Part shown: positions 19,794-29,474 of the stretch, piece after piece
Position numbering within the stretch: position 1 is the first letter of the stretch
Layout: the number at the start of each line of letters is the position of its first letter
Program-made: the position numbers and the translations under genes
Notes under the pieces: generated by a model
Told to the model about the DNA's origin: nothing
Database searches by the model: none
Seen by the model: the letters and a program-made list of their open reading frames with translations, nothing else
From: an uncultured delta proteobacterium
GTDB lineage: Bacteria; Desulfobacterota; RBG-13-43-22
Reading direction: 5' to 3'
DNA length: 64,000 nucleotides
Assembly (NCBI GenBank): GCA_963790475.1
Contig: CAWBOS010000012.1
Span: 704,001-768,000, forward strand

Positions 19794-20037
19794 ATGTTCC
19801 TGACGATTTAAATGTTGATTCCTCCGATTTCAATTCTTCGTCTTCGCTTTATTGATTGCGATCTGTTTCTTGGGCGTCAGTTGAACTAATGCTGAATGGA
19901 TAAGGTTGCCAATCCAAAACCGGGAAATAAGAAATCCCTGATACAAATATTTGTGGTTTGGATCTTATGTAACAATCATGTTAGACTATAGAGAAAATGG
20001 TTCGGGATAGAGCCTGTCTCAATGCTATAGAGGTACT

Positions 20038-20118
20038 ATAATAACGGTTCTCGGAGAATTCGTCAAAGAGAGAATCTGGATACCAACCCGGTGGCCTTGA
20101 CATGGCTACACCCCGATC
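20038..20118 (-). promoter_or_regulatory. Repeated promoter module, copy 2 (no clear ORF downstream)
   Basis: TTGACG (20066-20061)-17 nt-TATTAT (20043-20038). Aligns over about 90 bp with 6892-6986. Confidence 0.55.
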
Positions 20119-20121
20119 GCT

Positions 20122-21399
20122 CTAAGAAAATTTATGCTCCAGGTTCATTACATCCCGGTAGGGAATGACCCCTTGAATCACATCATTTTTATCAGTTACC
20201 GGGATAGCCCGGAATCCATATCGGGTAAACATCTCCGACGCCTTGGCGATGTTGTCTGTGGAGTCGAGGCAGATAACCTGGGTGTTCATTACCTCTTTCA
20301 GTTTATCAGAGGGTTCGGCCATCAAGAGATCCTGCGTCCCGAGAACGCCGACAAGTTTGTTGTCCCCATCAATCACAAAAACGTAATTGGTCACATCCAT
20401 CTCCGGGGCGAGATTGTGATAAAGTTCAATCACCTCGGAGATGGTGTCGTCTGGACGGGCCGAGATGAAGTCGGATGTCGCCAGATTGGTTATAGTATCC
20501 AGTTGTTTTTCAAGCAATGTTTTGATCTTCTCCGATTCTTCATGCTCCATCAGGTTGAGGATTTCATCAGCCTCCGAGGCGGGCAGGACCGACAGGACGT
20601 CGGCAGCCTGGGCCGGCGTCATCTCATCGATCAGATCGGCGGCCTTCTCTTTGCTCATGGATGAGATAAGACTTCGCTGCACCCGGGGCTCTATCTCTTC
20701 CAGGGTGTCCGAGGCATGTTCCGTCTCCAACTCATTAAAGATGGCGGTCCGCTGCCCATCATCCAGCTCCTCCAGGATGTCCGCCAAATCCACCGGATGG
20801 ATCTCCGGCAGTTTTTCCTTCAAGACGTTAAGCTTGACGTTTCCCTTAAAGCTTCCGATATGCTCCGGCAGACGTTGCACATAGGCCCAGGAAAGAGTTT
20901 CCTTTTTGAATATCTCCGCCAGACTATATATCATTTTGGCTATTGGAGCCAGGCCCAGTCTTTTCAGAAGTCCATACCGGCTGAAGTCCACATCGGTTAC
21001 AAAGAGTCGACCATAACGCAGTACTAACTTTACGTCGTAGACCACGTCGATGTCATTATCGTCCATATCGATGACCTTCTTGTCCAGGATATGGTCATTG
21101 AGAAGGACCTGATGTTCTTCCGGTTCACCTTCATATTTTTCCGGTGATTCGATGTCGATGGTTACGGATTTCTTGCCGATCTCCCTGATCCTCTCCCAGG
21201 GAACCAACAAGGGCTTGTATCCGAATGGGCGGCTGATTATGAAATGGGTCGCTTCGGGAATTTTATCATGCTCGACAATGGCGATGTCCTGTAATTTGCC
21301 TATTTTTTTTCCTTTGGAAATCACTTTGGTATGGATGATATCGCTAAGGAAATAGACGGATTCATTGGCCTCCGGTCCCCTGGAAATAAAGGAATTCAT
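20122..21399 (-). CDS. Soluble PRC-barrel + MgtE N-terminal + CBS-pair protein (no TM domain)
   Basis: KIGKLQDI, IHPVDLADILEEL, two CBS motifs, no hydrophobic helices. Confidence 0.85.
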   Translation of the reverse strand: MNSFISRGPEANESVYFLSDIIHTKVISKGKKIGKLQDIAIVEHDKIPEATHFIISRPFGYKPLLVPWERIREIGKKSVTIDIESPEKYEGEPEEHQVLLNDHILDKKVIDMDDNDIDVVYDVKLVLRYGRLFVTDVDFSRYGLLKRLGLAPIAKMIYSLAEIFKKETLSWAYVQRLPEHIGSFKGNVKLNVLKEKLPEIHPVDLADILEELDDGQRTAIFNELETEHASDTLEEIEPRVQRSLISSMSKEKAADLIDEMTPAQAADVLSVLPASEADEILNLMEHEESEKIKTLLEKQLDTITNLATSDFISARPDDTISEVIELYHNLAPEMDVTNYVFVIDGDNKLVGVLGTQDLLMAEPSDKLKEVMNTQVICLDSTDNIAKASEMFTRYGFRAIPVTDKNDVIQGVIPYRDVMNLEHKFS

Positions 21400-21414
21400 G
21401 ATCGATGTCTCCTC

Positions 21415-21594
21415 TTACAACAAGGTAATGAATTTATAGATCAACAACCCGACGAGAAAGATCAGATAGAAGCGGAGGCAGAGAAGGGAAAACTTGACCG
21501 CTCCTGACATTTCTATGTTGGGGGTGGCGTACTTCTTGTTTATGTCGCGGACCTTCGCATAATTGTGGCTGATGAAATTCCTGATCGGTGTCAT
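21415..21594 (-). CDS. 59-aa single-TM protein, missed by the ORF track
   Basis: GAAAGGAGA RBS. MTPIRNFISHNYAKVRDINKKYATPNIEMSGAVKFSLLCLRFYLIFLVGLLIYKFITLL*. Fills the gap between the transporter and the MgtE-like gene. Confidence 0.75.
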   Translation of the reverse strand: MTPIRNFISHNYAKVRDINKKYATPNIEMSGAVKFSLLCLRFYLIFLVGLLIYKFITLL

Positions 21595-21609
21595 GACAAT
21601 TCTCCTTTC

Positions 21610-22884
21610 CTATCTGAACATGTTCGGAAACAAAGTACTGATTCCGTACAAAGTGGACAAGATGACGATAATGACAACAATCACCGTGGTGATGGTATTT
21701 TGCCAGAGGGTATTGGTGTACTCACCCATAGTCTTTTTGTTGTTTAAAAGCAGGATCAGGAAGACCAGGGCCGCCGGCAGGAGCGTGACGGCGATGACCT
21801 GGACGAACAGGGTGATCAACACCAGCGGGGCCTTGGGAATGAGGACGACGAGGCCGGCCGTTATCAGGGTGAAGAAATAGTTGGCGTAAAACCAAGGGGC
21901 CTCTTTTATCTTGTTGTTTAGGGAGTGGGCCCAGCCGAAGACCTCTCCGAAGGCCCAGGAACTGGCCAGGGAGATGCAGATCGCTCCGAGAAGACCGGCA
22001 TCGAATAATCCTATGGCCATGAAGGTGCCGACATAATGATTGCTTTTCATCAGTATTTGCGAAGCCTGGGCGGCGTCATCGATGGTGACCCCCTTTAAGA
22101 CCGTGGCAGTGACCACCAAAATGAAGATGGCAACCAGCACGGTCATGATCGAGCCGACTAAGGTGTCGATTTTCCCCCAGGGGATATCTTTTTCCTTCAT
22201 GGCCTTGTCAACCACGGCGCTTTGCTGGAAGAAGAGCATCCAAGGAGCGATGGTCGTCCCGATATTGGCCATTAGAAAGAAGAACAACTCATTATGGAAA
22301 CCGCCCGGGAAATTGGGGATCAAACCCGTATGGATGATCTGCGACACTGACGGTTTAACCAGAAAGGCCCCAGGTATATAAATAAGGTTGACGGCACAGA
22401 AGAAAAGAGCGATTTTTTCCCAGGTCCAGTAACGGCCGTGGAGGACCAATATACCCATAAACACACATACGATTGTGACCGTAATGATTGGTGGGATGCC
22501 AAAGATCCTCATGGCCGAAGTCATGCCGATGAACTCGGTTACCAAGGTGAGCCAATTGACCAGAATCAGGTCGAGAAGCGAAAACCATCCCCAGAAAGGA
22601 CCGAACCCGGCGAAGATGGCCTCCGCATGTCCCCTTTTGGTAACGGCGCCCAGGCGAACGGTCATTTCCTGCACGTAATAGGCCACTGGCACAAGAATAA
22701 TCAGAAACCATATGAGATTATAACCGAACTTGGCCCCGGTGGCGGCATAAGTCGTGATCCCGCCGGCGTCATTATCCGCCACCATGACCACGATTCCCGG
22801 ACCAGCCAGCATGAAGTAAAGCATGATCGCCTTCCATACCCGACGAAAGACGTAATATAGTTTGGAAAGATTAAGCATCCTCAA
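21610..22884 (-). CDS. NRAMP-related (NRMT-type) divalent cation / Mg2+ transporter
   Basis: TM1 DNDAGGITTY (not DPGN) and TM6 GTTIAPWMLFFQQS; downstream of an M-box riboswitch. Confidence 0.88.
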   Translation of the reverse strand: MRMLNLSKLYYVFRRVWKAIMLYFMLAGPGIVVMVADNDAGGITTYAATGAKFGYNLIWFLIILVPVAYYVQEMTVRLGAVTKRGHAEAIFAGFGPFWGWFSLLDLILVNWLTLVTEFIGMTSAMRIFGIPPIITVTIVCVFMGILVLHGRYWTWEKIALFFCAVNLIYIPGAFLVKPSVSQIIHTGLIPNFPGGFHNELFFFLMANIGTTIAPWMLFFQQSAVVDKAMKEKDIPWGKIDTLVGSIMTVLVAIFILVVTATVLKGVTIDDAAQASQILMKSNHYVGTFMAIGLFDAGLLGAICISLASSWAFGEVFGWAHSLNNKIKEAPWFYANYFFTLITAGLVVLIPKAPLVLITLFVQVIAVTLLPAALVFLILLLNNKKTMGEYTNTLWQNTITTVIVVIIVILSTLYGISTLFPNMFR

Positions 22885-22962
22885 ACCCTCCGTTCACTCA
22901 TTCCAAAATCCAGTAAGACCCCCATAGGTGCGATTTTTCCATTGCCAGACTCTTATCTCACT

Positions 22963-24233
22963 TCAATCGCTAATTCGTAACCGTAGGGAATAAACGGTAA
23001 CGGGGCCTCTGTCCCGGTTAAACCCCGGGTTCTCGATATACTGGAAATCCGGGCTGAGTTGCACATAACGTCCGAGCTGGACGAGGTAGTAGACTTCGAA
23101 TATCTTCTCAGAACCGTAATTGAGCTTTCCGTCGCCGAGAAGCATACCGATGCCTCCTTCCGCCAGGTAGTCCCTGTGGACCCCGGATAACCCCTGTAGG
23201 GCCATGGCGAAACTTAGATGATCCCGGGTCCGGCCCCATTTGCGACCGCTTATCTGTAGGCCCGCAGATATGATGCGGTCAACCTCGGCGTAGGACCAGG
23301 CGGAGTTGGACCCATCGGCCCAACCGAGCCTGGCAAAGAAGCCTGTTTCACCTTCATCGGTAATGGGCTGCTCCAGATTTAAACCGAAGCCATATTTCAC
23401 ATGACCGGGACCATCGATGGCCGTCGTATCCGGGACGGTTCCTTGACGGTGGCCGATGTCGATGGCCTGCTGGAAGTCGCCCATGCGTCCCTCATTGCGG
23501 AAGGCAAGAAAACGGACCACCGTACCTCTGGTTCCCGGTTTCACGGTGAGCTCCAGGGCGGGATGAGATACCGGGCATAAAAACGGGCCAGGTAGGGATC
23601 CTGCCCCAGGTCCGCGGACCCGGCCCTGACGACATCCCCATTCATATTGCCCCCCAGGCCGAGGCCGTCGCCTATCCCGCTCCCCTTAAACATCTCGAGG
23701 TCAAGATAGAGCTGCAAGGATGGGCCGATCCGGGAACCCAGATAGATGCCGTAGGTATGGGTGAAACCCTGTCCTTTGCCCTGGTCGAACCTGAGGCTGT
23801 TATCTCCGGTGTAGGGGCTATTAAAATCGGGCATCTTTTGATAGATTCCAGTAAACTGGGCGCCGAGAAACTGCGGAAACCAGTCGGGCAGCCGTCCTTG
23901 TTGCTGCCCCGGCTGCTGTTCATTACTCGTATCGGCATAAGCCGAATAATTGACAAAAAGCAGTAGGACAAGGGCTACGGCGAAGCACTGGAACAGCGTT
24001 TCCAACAGTGAGACCGCCCTTTTTTTCATATAATCATCAAAAGGGACGGCTTGGGAACGGTCGAAAAAGCCTCGGGTTTCCAGAAAATCCGTAATATCCC
24101 GGCCCTTCGTAACCGCAGATTGATAGTGGATAAGCAGGCTGTCCGTGGTGCAATTAATGTCCACAGTTTCAATGCCCCCGATCAGGTTCAAGGCCTTCCT
24201 GATTTCGTCAGCGGCTGTGGGATTTCGTTTCAA
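22963..24233 (-). pseudogene. OprB-family (MnoP-like) porin with an internal deletion/frameshift, fused to a 5'-truncated HMA2-like domain
   Basis: The N-half ends PYLARFYARYLIP and the C-half resumes LELTVKPG...EVYY...SPDFQYIENPGFNRDRGP in another frame at about 23555; the central part appears missing. Upstream RIKSDTLKRNP...DINCTTDSLLIHY is preceded by stops. Confidence 0.7.
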
Positions 24234-24606
24234 GGTATCGCTTTTGATCCTTCTTTATCAAAAAATGACGATTTCTGCCAAAAATATGGCCATTCGGGAA
24301 AGAATTAATATGAAAAGATTTTGTCTAAAAAAAGAGACGAAGAGCCTTAGGCGAAGGTATTGCAAGGTTATAAGAGGAAGAGAGATAGCCTGGGAAGAAA
24401 TCAGAACGCCTTGCACCCTTGGCTTACACCGCTAAGAGGTCGTGGAAGAAGCGGGCAGGTGAGGTGATAGGGAAGAAATGCAGAAACTATCGAATCACGG
24501 ACGCAACTCCCACAACATAGTGTGAGACTCCCCCCTACTTGGGGGTTGGTCGTCGTTTTCTTTCATAGACTCTGTCTCCAAAAAGGTTATCTGGTAAGGC
24601 CGGGGT

Positions 24607-24653
24607 AAAAATAAAAAAGCCCTTTCCCTCAGCCAGTGAGCAGAGAAAGGGCC
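24607..24653 (-). terminator. Intrinsic terminator of the M-box expression platform
   Basis: GCCCTTTC...GAAAGGGC stem followed by TTTTTTATTTTT. Confidence 0.8.
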
Positions 24654-24697
24654 CAACAACCCGAAACCCGCAATGGCTCCGGCTAAACCTCAAATTC

Positions 24698-24865
24698 CCC
24701 GCTCGTTCAAGTTTTAGCACCGCGTACCGTAAGAGGCTTTCGCCTCAGCCACCTTAAGCAAGCCCTTAATCCGGGAATGCCTGTTCTACCCTAATGCGCC
24801 GCATCTTTGGATGCTTTTGGGCAGTGGCCTGTGTGTTACTCGGGAGCCTCACCTACCGAGGACTA
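24698..24865 (-). ncRNA. M-box (ykoK) Mg2+-sensing riboswitch
   Basis: CTCGGTAGGTGAGGCTCC...GCCACTGCCCAAAAGCATCCAAAGATGC...GGGTAGAACAGG...TTAAGG...GTGCTAAAACT...ACGAG matches the remembered ykoK consensus. Terminator and Mg-transport genes lie downstream. Confidence 0.9.
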
Positions 24866-24894
24866 ACTTCATCCTAAATACAAAAATCAAGGCT

Positions 24895-24923
24895 AAGGTA
24901 AACTCTTGATCGACCCTTGTCAA
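24895..24923 (-). promoter_or_regulatory. Putative sigma70 promoter of the M-box operon
   Basis: TTGACA-17 nt-TACCTT about 30 nt upstream of the riboswitch. Confidence 0.55.
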
Positions 24924-25103
24924 GATTTTTTTGACTTGAAAAAGATAAAAAGATCAAAATTGAGTTGACAAAGGTGAAAAAAACCTTACTGTTTTTTAGC
25001 AAATATTCCAGACAATTATTTGCAGGTTGAAAGTTAGTTTAACCTTGAGTTCCAGATCAGGGAATTTAAAAACTTCAAAATATAATAGTCATAAGGAAGA
25101 CCT

Positions 25104-26300
25104 ATGGACGAAAATTCTACAACTCTCAATCAACGTAAAAAAAAGGGGATTATAATCCTTGGAATTATAGGGATCATTGGTCTGATTGTCGGGATTTTTT
25201 ATTATCGCTATTCCCAAACCCATATTTCCACGGACGATGCTTATGTGACCGGCTCCATTTATTCCTTAAGTTTTCGCGTACCAGGGTCCGTAGCGAAAGT
25301 AATGGTCCATGACAATCAACTGGTGGAAGAAGGCCAGGTCATCGCCACCTTGGATCCCACCGATTATGAGGTGGCTTTTAAACAGGCCCAGGCCAACCTG
25401 GATTCGGTTAAAGCCCGCTGGATTTCAGCCCAAATCGGGGTTCCTTTGGAATCGGAACAGACTCAATCCCGGATCAGAGAGTCTACCGCCGGGAAAGGGG
25501 CCATTGAAAAAACGTTGTCGGAAGCCCGAGAACAACTAAAAAGAGCTCAGGAAGAGACCAAGGCCCTCAAAGCGATTCAGGACAAGGCCACCCTCGATCG
25601 GGATCGTTTTGACACCCTGTTTAAGACGCATGCGATCTCCAAACAACAATTTGATGATGCCTTAACCCAATACCAAGTGGCTGAGGCCCACTATAAAGCC
25701 GCTCTGGCGGGGGAGGAGGCCCTTCGAAAGAACCTCGAATCCCTGAAGGATCAAATCACCCGGGCCGACGCCCAGTTGACTCTGGCCCACACCGGTAAGC
25801 AATCGGTTAAGATCAGACAACAAATGGCCAAAGCGGCCAAATCGGATTTGGTCTTGGCCGAAGCCCGGCTGGAACAAGCCCGTCTGCAGTTATCCTATAC
25901 TCAGATCAAGGCCCCGGCTAAAGGATACATCACAAAAAAGAATGTTGAAGTCGGAAATCAGATTCAGGCCGGTCAACCGCTTGCTGCCCTGGTCCCTTTG
26001 GAACATCTATGGATCGTGGCCAACTATAAAGAAACCCAGCTAGCCAGGGTCAAAGCCGGTCAGAAGGTTGAAATCAAAGCGGATACCTTTCCCGGGAAAA
26101 AAATTAAGGGCCGGGTGCAGAGCCTTATGGCCGGGACCGGCTCGGCTTTTTCGCTGTTCCCGCCGGAAAATGCAACGGGAAATTATGTAAAAATCGTTCA
26201 ACGACTTCCGGTCAAAATCATACTGGATGAAGGGCAGGAAAATCTTCCCCTGCTTAGAGTCGGGATGTCCGTCGTCCCAACAATCCTGATCGAAAATTAA
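25104..26300 (+). CDS. EmrA/HlyD-family multidrug efflux adaptor
   Basis: STDDAYV, ANYKETQL, FSLFPPENATGNYVKIVQRLPVKI. Confidence 0.92.
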   Translation: MDENSTTLNQRKKKGIIILGIIGIIGLIVGIFYYRYSQTHISTDDAYVTGSIYSLSFRVPGSVAKVMVHDNQLVEEGQVIATLDPTDYEVAFKQAQANLDSVKARWISAQIGVPLESEQTQSRIRESTAGKGAIEKTLSEAREQLKRAQEETKALKAIQDKATLDRDRFDTLFKTHAISKQQFDDALTQYQVAEAHYKAALAGEEALRKNLESLKDQITRADAQLTLAHTGKQSVKIRQQMAKAAKSDLVLAEARLEQARLQLSYTQIKAPAKGYITKKNVEVGNQIQAGQPLAALVPLEHLWIVANYKETQLARVKAGQKVEIKADTFPGKKIKGRVQSLMAGTGSAFSLFPPENATGNYVKIVQRLPVKIILDEGQENLPLLRVGMSVVPTILIEN

Positions 26301-26309
26301 GTCCCTGGT

Positions 26310-27857
26310 ATGGAACCGTCTTTTTCTCCCACCCCAGAGGTAAATAAATGGTTGATAACTTTCACGGTCATGTTGCCGACCGTGATCGAGATCCTGGATA
26401 CGAGTGTGGCCAATGTTGCCCTGGGCCATATTCAGGGCAGCATGAATGCCGGTTTGGATGAAGTCACCTGGGTCTTGACCTCCTATCTGGTCTCCAATGC
26501 GATTATCATCCCCATCACCGCCTGGCTGGCCAGCACCTTCGGACGGAAAAGATATCTGATCTTTTCCCTTGGGCTTTTTGTTTTCAGCTCCGTTATGTGC
26601 GGGGCCTCCCCAAACCTGCAGACCTTGATTTTTTTTCGTATATTGCAAGGCCTCGGCGGAGGGGCCTTACAACCCTTGGCCTTGTCCATCTTATTGGAGA
26701 CCTTTCCTCCCAAACAACATGGGATGGCCATGGCCGTTTACGGCATCGGTGTGGTTTTCGGCCCTATCCTTGGTCCTTTGCTGGGCGGTTATATTACCGA
26801 CGCTATGAGCTGGCGATGGATCTTTTATATTAATTTGCCCCTGGGAGGATTGGCTGTCCTGATGACCGCTCTTTTTATTTTCGATCCCCATTATATCCGA
26901 AAGACGGAGACTCGCATCGATTACTGGGGGTTGGGTTTATTGACCATGGGTCTGGGCTGTTTGCAGATCGCCTTGGATCAGGGAGAACGGAAAGACTGGT
27001 TTGATTCCAGCTTTATTGTATCGCTGACCATTATCGCTGCTGTCTGTTTGTTGCTTTTTATCATCGTTGAACTCAGGGTCGCTTATCCGGTGGTCAATCT
27101 ACGTATTTTTAGGCATCGATCCTTCAGTTCCGGGAATATGATCATATTCTTTGGATTTTTTTGTTTTTTTGGCAGTATCGTTTTGATGCCTCTTTATGTA
27201 CAAAACCTGATGGGCTATACCGCTTTTCTGTCCGGGTTGGTTTTGGGTCCAGGAGGGTTGGCCACACTTTTTTTGATGCCGATAATAGGAAGATTAGTGG
27301 GTCGGGTGGATTCCAGGTACCTATTAAGCTTTGGGATGTTGACCAATGCCTATGCTTTATTGTTGATGTCCCACTTTAGTCTGGAAGTGGATTTTTGGAC
27401 CATCATCTGGTCCAGGATCGTTCAAGGGATCGGCATCAGTTTCTTTTTTGTACCCCTGTCCACCTTGACCTTGTCCAATATCCCTAAGCCCGAATTGGGG
27501 AACGGCACAGCGATCTTTAATCTCCTCAGGAATTTGGGAGGGAGTTTCGGTGTCGCCTTTATCACCACCGTCCTTTCCCGGCGGACTCAATTTCATCAAC
27601 TTCATCTCAGCGAGGGATTTTCCATATTTGATTTTAGATTGCAGCAGGCTGTCCCAAATATCCAGACCTTTTTACAGGGGAGAGGATTAGAAGGGACCAC
27701 GGCCCAACAGGGATCCCTGGGAATCATTTACGGCCAGCTTCAGAAACAAGCGGCCATGCTCGGGTTTAATGATGTCTTCTATCTGCTTTTCCTTTTCTTC
27801 CTCTGTCTGGTTCCTTTGATTTGGGTGATCCGAAAGAGCGCCACGGTATCGGTGTAG
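26310..27857 (+). CDS. EmrB/DHA2-family MFS efflux permease
   Basis: ILDTSVANVAL, WVLTSYL, WRWIFYINLP; multi-TM. Confidence 0.92.
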   Translation: MEPSFSPTPEVNKWLITFTVMLPTVIEILDTSVANVALGHIQGSMNAGLDEVTWVLTSYLVSNAIIIPITAWLASTFGRKRYLIFSLGLFVFSSVMCGASPNLQTLIFFRILQGLGGGALQPLALSILLETFPPKQHGMAMAVYGIGVVFGPILGPLLGGYITDAMSWRWIFYINLPLGGLAVLMTALFIFDPHYIRKTETRIDYWGLGLLTMGLGCLQIALDQGERKDWFDSSFIVSLTIIAAVCLLLFIIVELRVAYPVVNLRIFRHRSFSSGNMIIFFGFFCFFGSIVLMPLYVQNLMGYTAFLSGLVLGPGGLATLFLMPIIGRLVGRVDSRYLLSFGMLTNAYALLLMSHFSLEVDFWTIIWSRIVQGIGISFFFVPLSTLTLSNIPKPELGNGTAIFNLLRNLGGSFGVAFITTVLSRRTQFHQLHLSEGFSIFDFRLQQAVPNIQTFLQGRGLEGTTAQQGSLGIIYGQLQKQAAMLGFNDVFYLLFLFFLCLVPLIWVIRKSATVSV

Positions 27858-27919
27858 AAAGGGTTCTAATAGAAATTTCTTGACTTAATCGGGAACCGAT
27901 TATAATGCTTACTTAAGGA

Positions 27920-29296
27920 ATGAACGGAGAAAAAAAGATGAAAAAATCCATGGCCTCCTCATGGAAATTAGTTTTGCGATCAGGGCTCTTGGGGATGGTC
28001 CTTTTCATTTGGCCTATCACGGCTCAGTCGGAAACTCCGGCTAAAATTCTTACTATGGAAGAAAGTATTCAATGGGCCTTCAAAGAAAGTTCCCAACTCA
28101 AAACCGCCCAGGAAGCGATCCAGGGGGCGGAATTTAAGAAAAAACAGGCCCAAACCGGATTTTTGCCCAAATTGAGCACCCAGTATAATTATTACTATAT
28201 CAACGCGCCTCAAACCGTCACTATTCCGGCCCAAGATAACGGTCTGATCCCGGAATCCACCTTGACCCTCGGGTCTCAAAATAATTATGCTTTCTATGCC
28301 ATTCTGGAACAGCCGGTTTTCACCGGCCTGGCCCTTACCCGGACCTATGAATTGGCCAAATTGGGCATCGATGTTTCCAGGATTAAATTTGAAGAGGAAA
28401 AGGTAACCTTGGCCTATAAAGTTAAAGAGGCCTATTGGAACATCTTAAAGTCCCAGAAGATCCGGTCGGTCGCCGAACAGACGGTTCTTCAAATCACCGA
28501 TCATGTTCGGGTGGCTAAGGATTTCTATGGGGTCGGCCTGATTCCCTTGAATGATTTACTCAAATCCCAGGTCCAGTTGGCCGATGCCCAGCAGAATCTG
28601 GTTCGAGCGGAAAACAGTGTCTTATTGGCCCTGGCCAATTTCAATACCTTGTTGCGTCTCCCTTTGGAAAAGGAGACCAAGATTCAGGACATACTAAAAT
28701 ATAACCCTTTTGGGGATAGTCTGGAGACCTGTCAGGCTGAGGCCCTTCAAAAAAGACCCGAAATCAAGGAAACTGAAACTCAACTGGAAATAGCCCGCAA
28801 GAATATCCAGCTGGCTCAAAGTGAGTATTATCCCCAGGTGGTTGTGCAAAGCCGTTATATAAAACAGGGGGACACCCCAGCCGTTTCCGGAAGTCTCTTT
28901 GTTCAAGCTGACAACTGGGATGTAACGGCAGCTGTGAAATGGACTTTTTGGGAATGGGGCCGGACCCATAACTTGGTCCAGGAAAAGATCAGCCAAAGGG
29001 AACAGGTCAAGGAGGCCTTAACGCAGATCAAGGATCTCATCCGGTTGGAAGTGAAGGAAGCCTATTTATCGTTAAGGGAGGCTGAAAAAAATATCGGAGT
29101 GGCCGAAAAAACCATCGAACAGGCGGAAGAAAATTTCAGGATCAGCGAGGTCCGATACCGGGAACAGGTTACCACTTCCCTTGAGGTCTTGGATGCCCAA
29201 ACCCTGTTGGCACAGGCCAAAAACAACGCCTATCAGGCCTTATATGCCTACAATCTGGCCCAATCCCGTTTAACGAAGGCCACTGGAAGTTGGTAA
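27920..29296 (+). CDS. TolC-family outer-membrane efflux protein
   Basis: Signal peptide, duplicated OEP repeats, LEVLDAQ. Confidence 0.88.
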   Translation: MNGEKKMKKSMASSWKLVLRSGLLGMVLFIWPITAQSETPAKILTMEESIQWAFKESSQLKTAQEAIQGAEFKKKQAQTGFLPKLSTQYNYYYINAPQTVTIPAQDNGLIPESTLTLGSQNNYAFYAILEQPVFTGLALTRTYELAKLGIDVSRIKFEEEKVTLAYKVKEAYWNILKSQKIRSVAEQTVLQITDHVRVAKDFYGVGLIPLNDLLKSQVQLADAQQNLVRAENSVLLALANFNTLLRLPLEKETKIQDILKYNPFGDSLETCQAEALQKRPEIKETETQLEIARKNIQLAQSEYYPQVVVQSRYIKQGDTPAVSGSLFVQADNWDVTAAVKWTFWEWGRTHNLVQEKISQREQVKEALTQIKDLIRLEVKEAYLSLREAEKNIGVAEKTIEQAEENFRISEVRYREQVTTSLEVLDAQTLLAQAKNNAYQALYAYNLAQSRLTKATGSW

Positions 29297-29474
29297 GGTT
29301 ATTGTGAGAAAACAGGATCGAAAAATTCGAAGGAGCAGTTTTCGGTCAGGAGTGATTAGTTCGGAGTAAAAACCTAAAAAATATGAACTCTGAAAAAAAA
29401 TAAAGTATTAAATCCTCAGAAATATTGATATCCTTCTTAACAAAGAAAATAAATTATTAAACCTTGGGGGAATT

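Noticed and set aside
23541-23544. TGA ending the porin N-half as possible Sec
   Set aside because: The C-half is in a different frame and no Cys is expected there; this is a deletion junction.
24495-24518. 7-codon ORF MLWELRP with a strong RBS after the M-box terminator (possible leader peptide)
   Set aside because: Too short to support; it may be debris of a deleted first gene.
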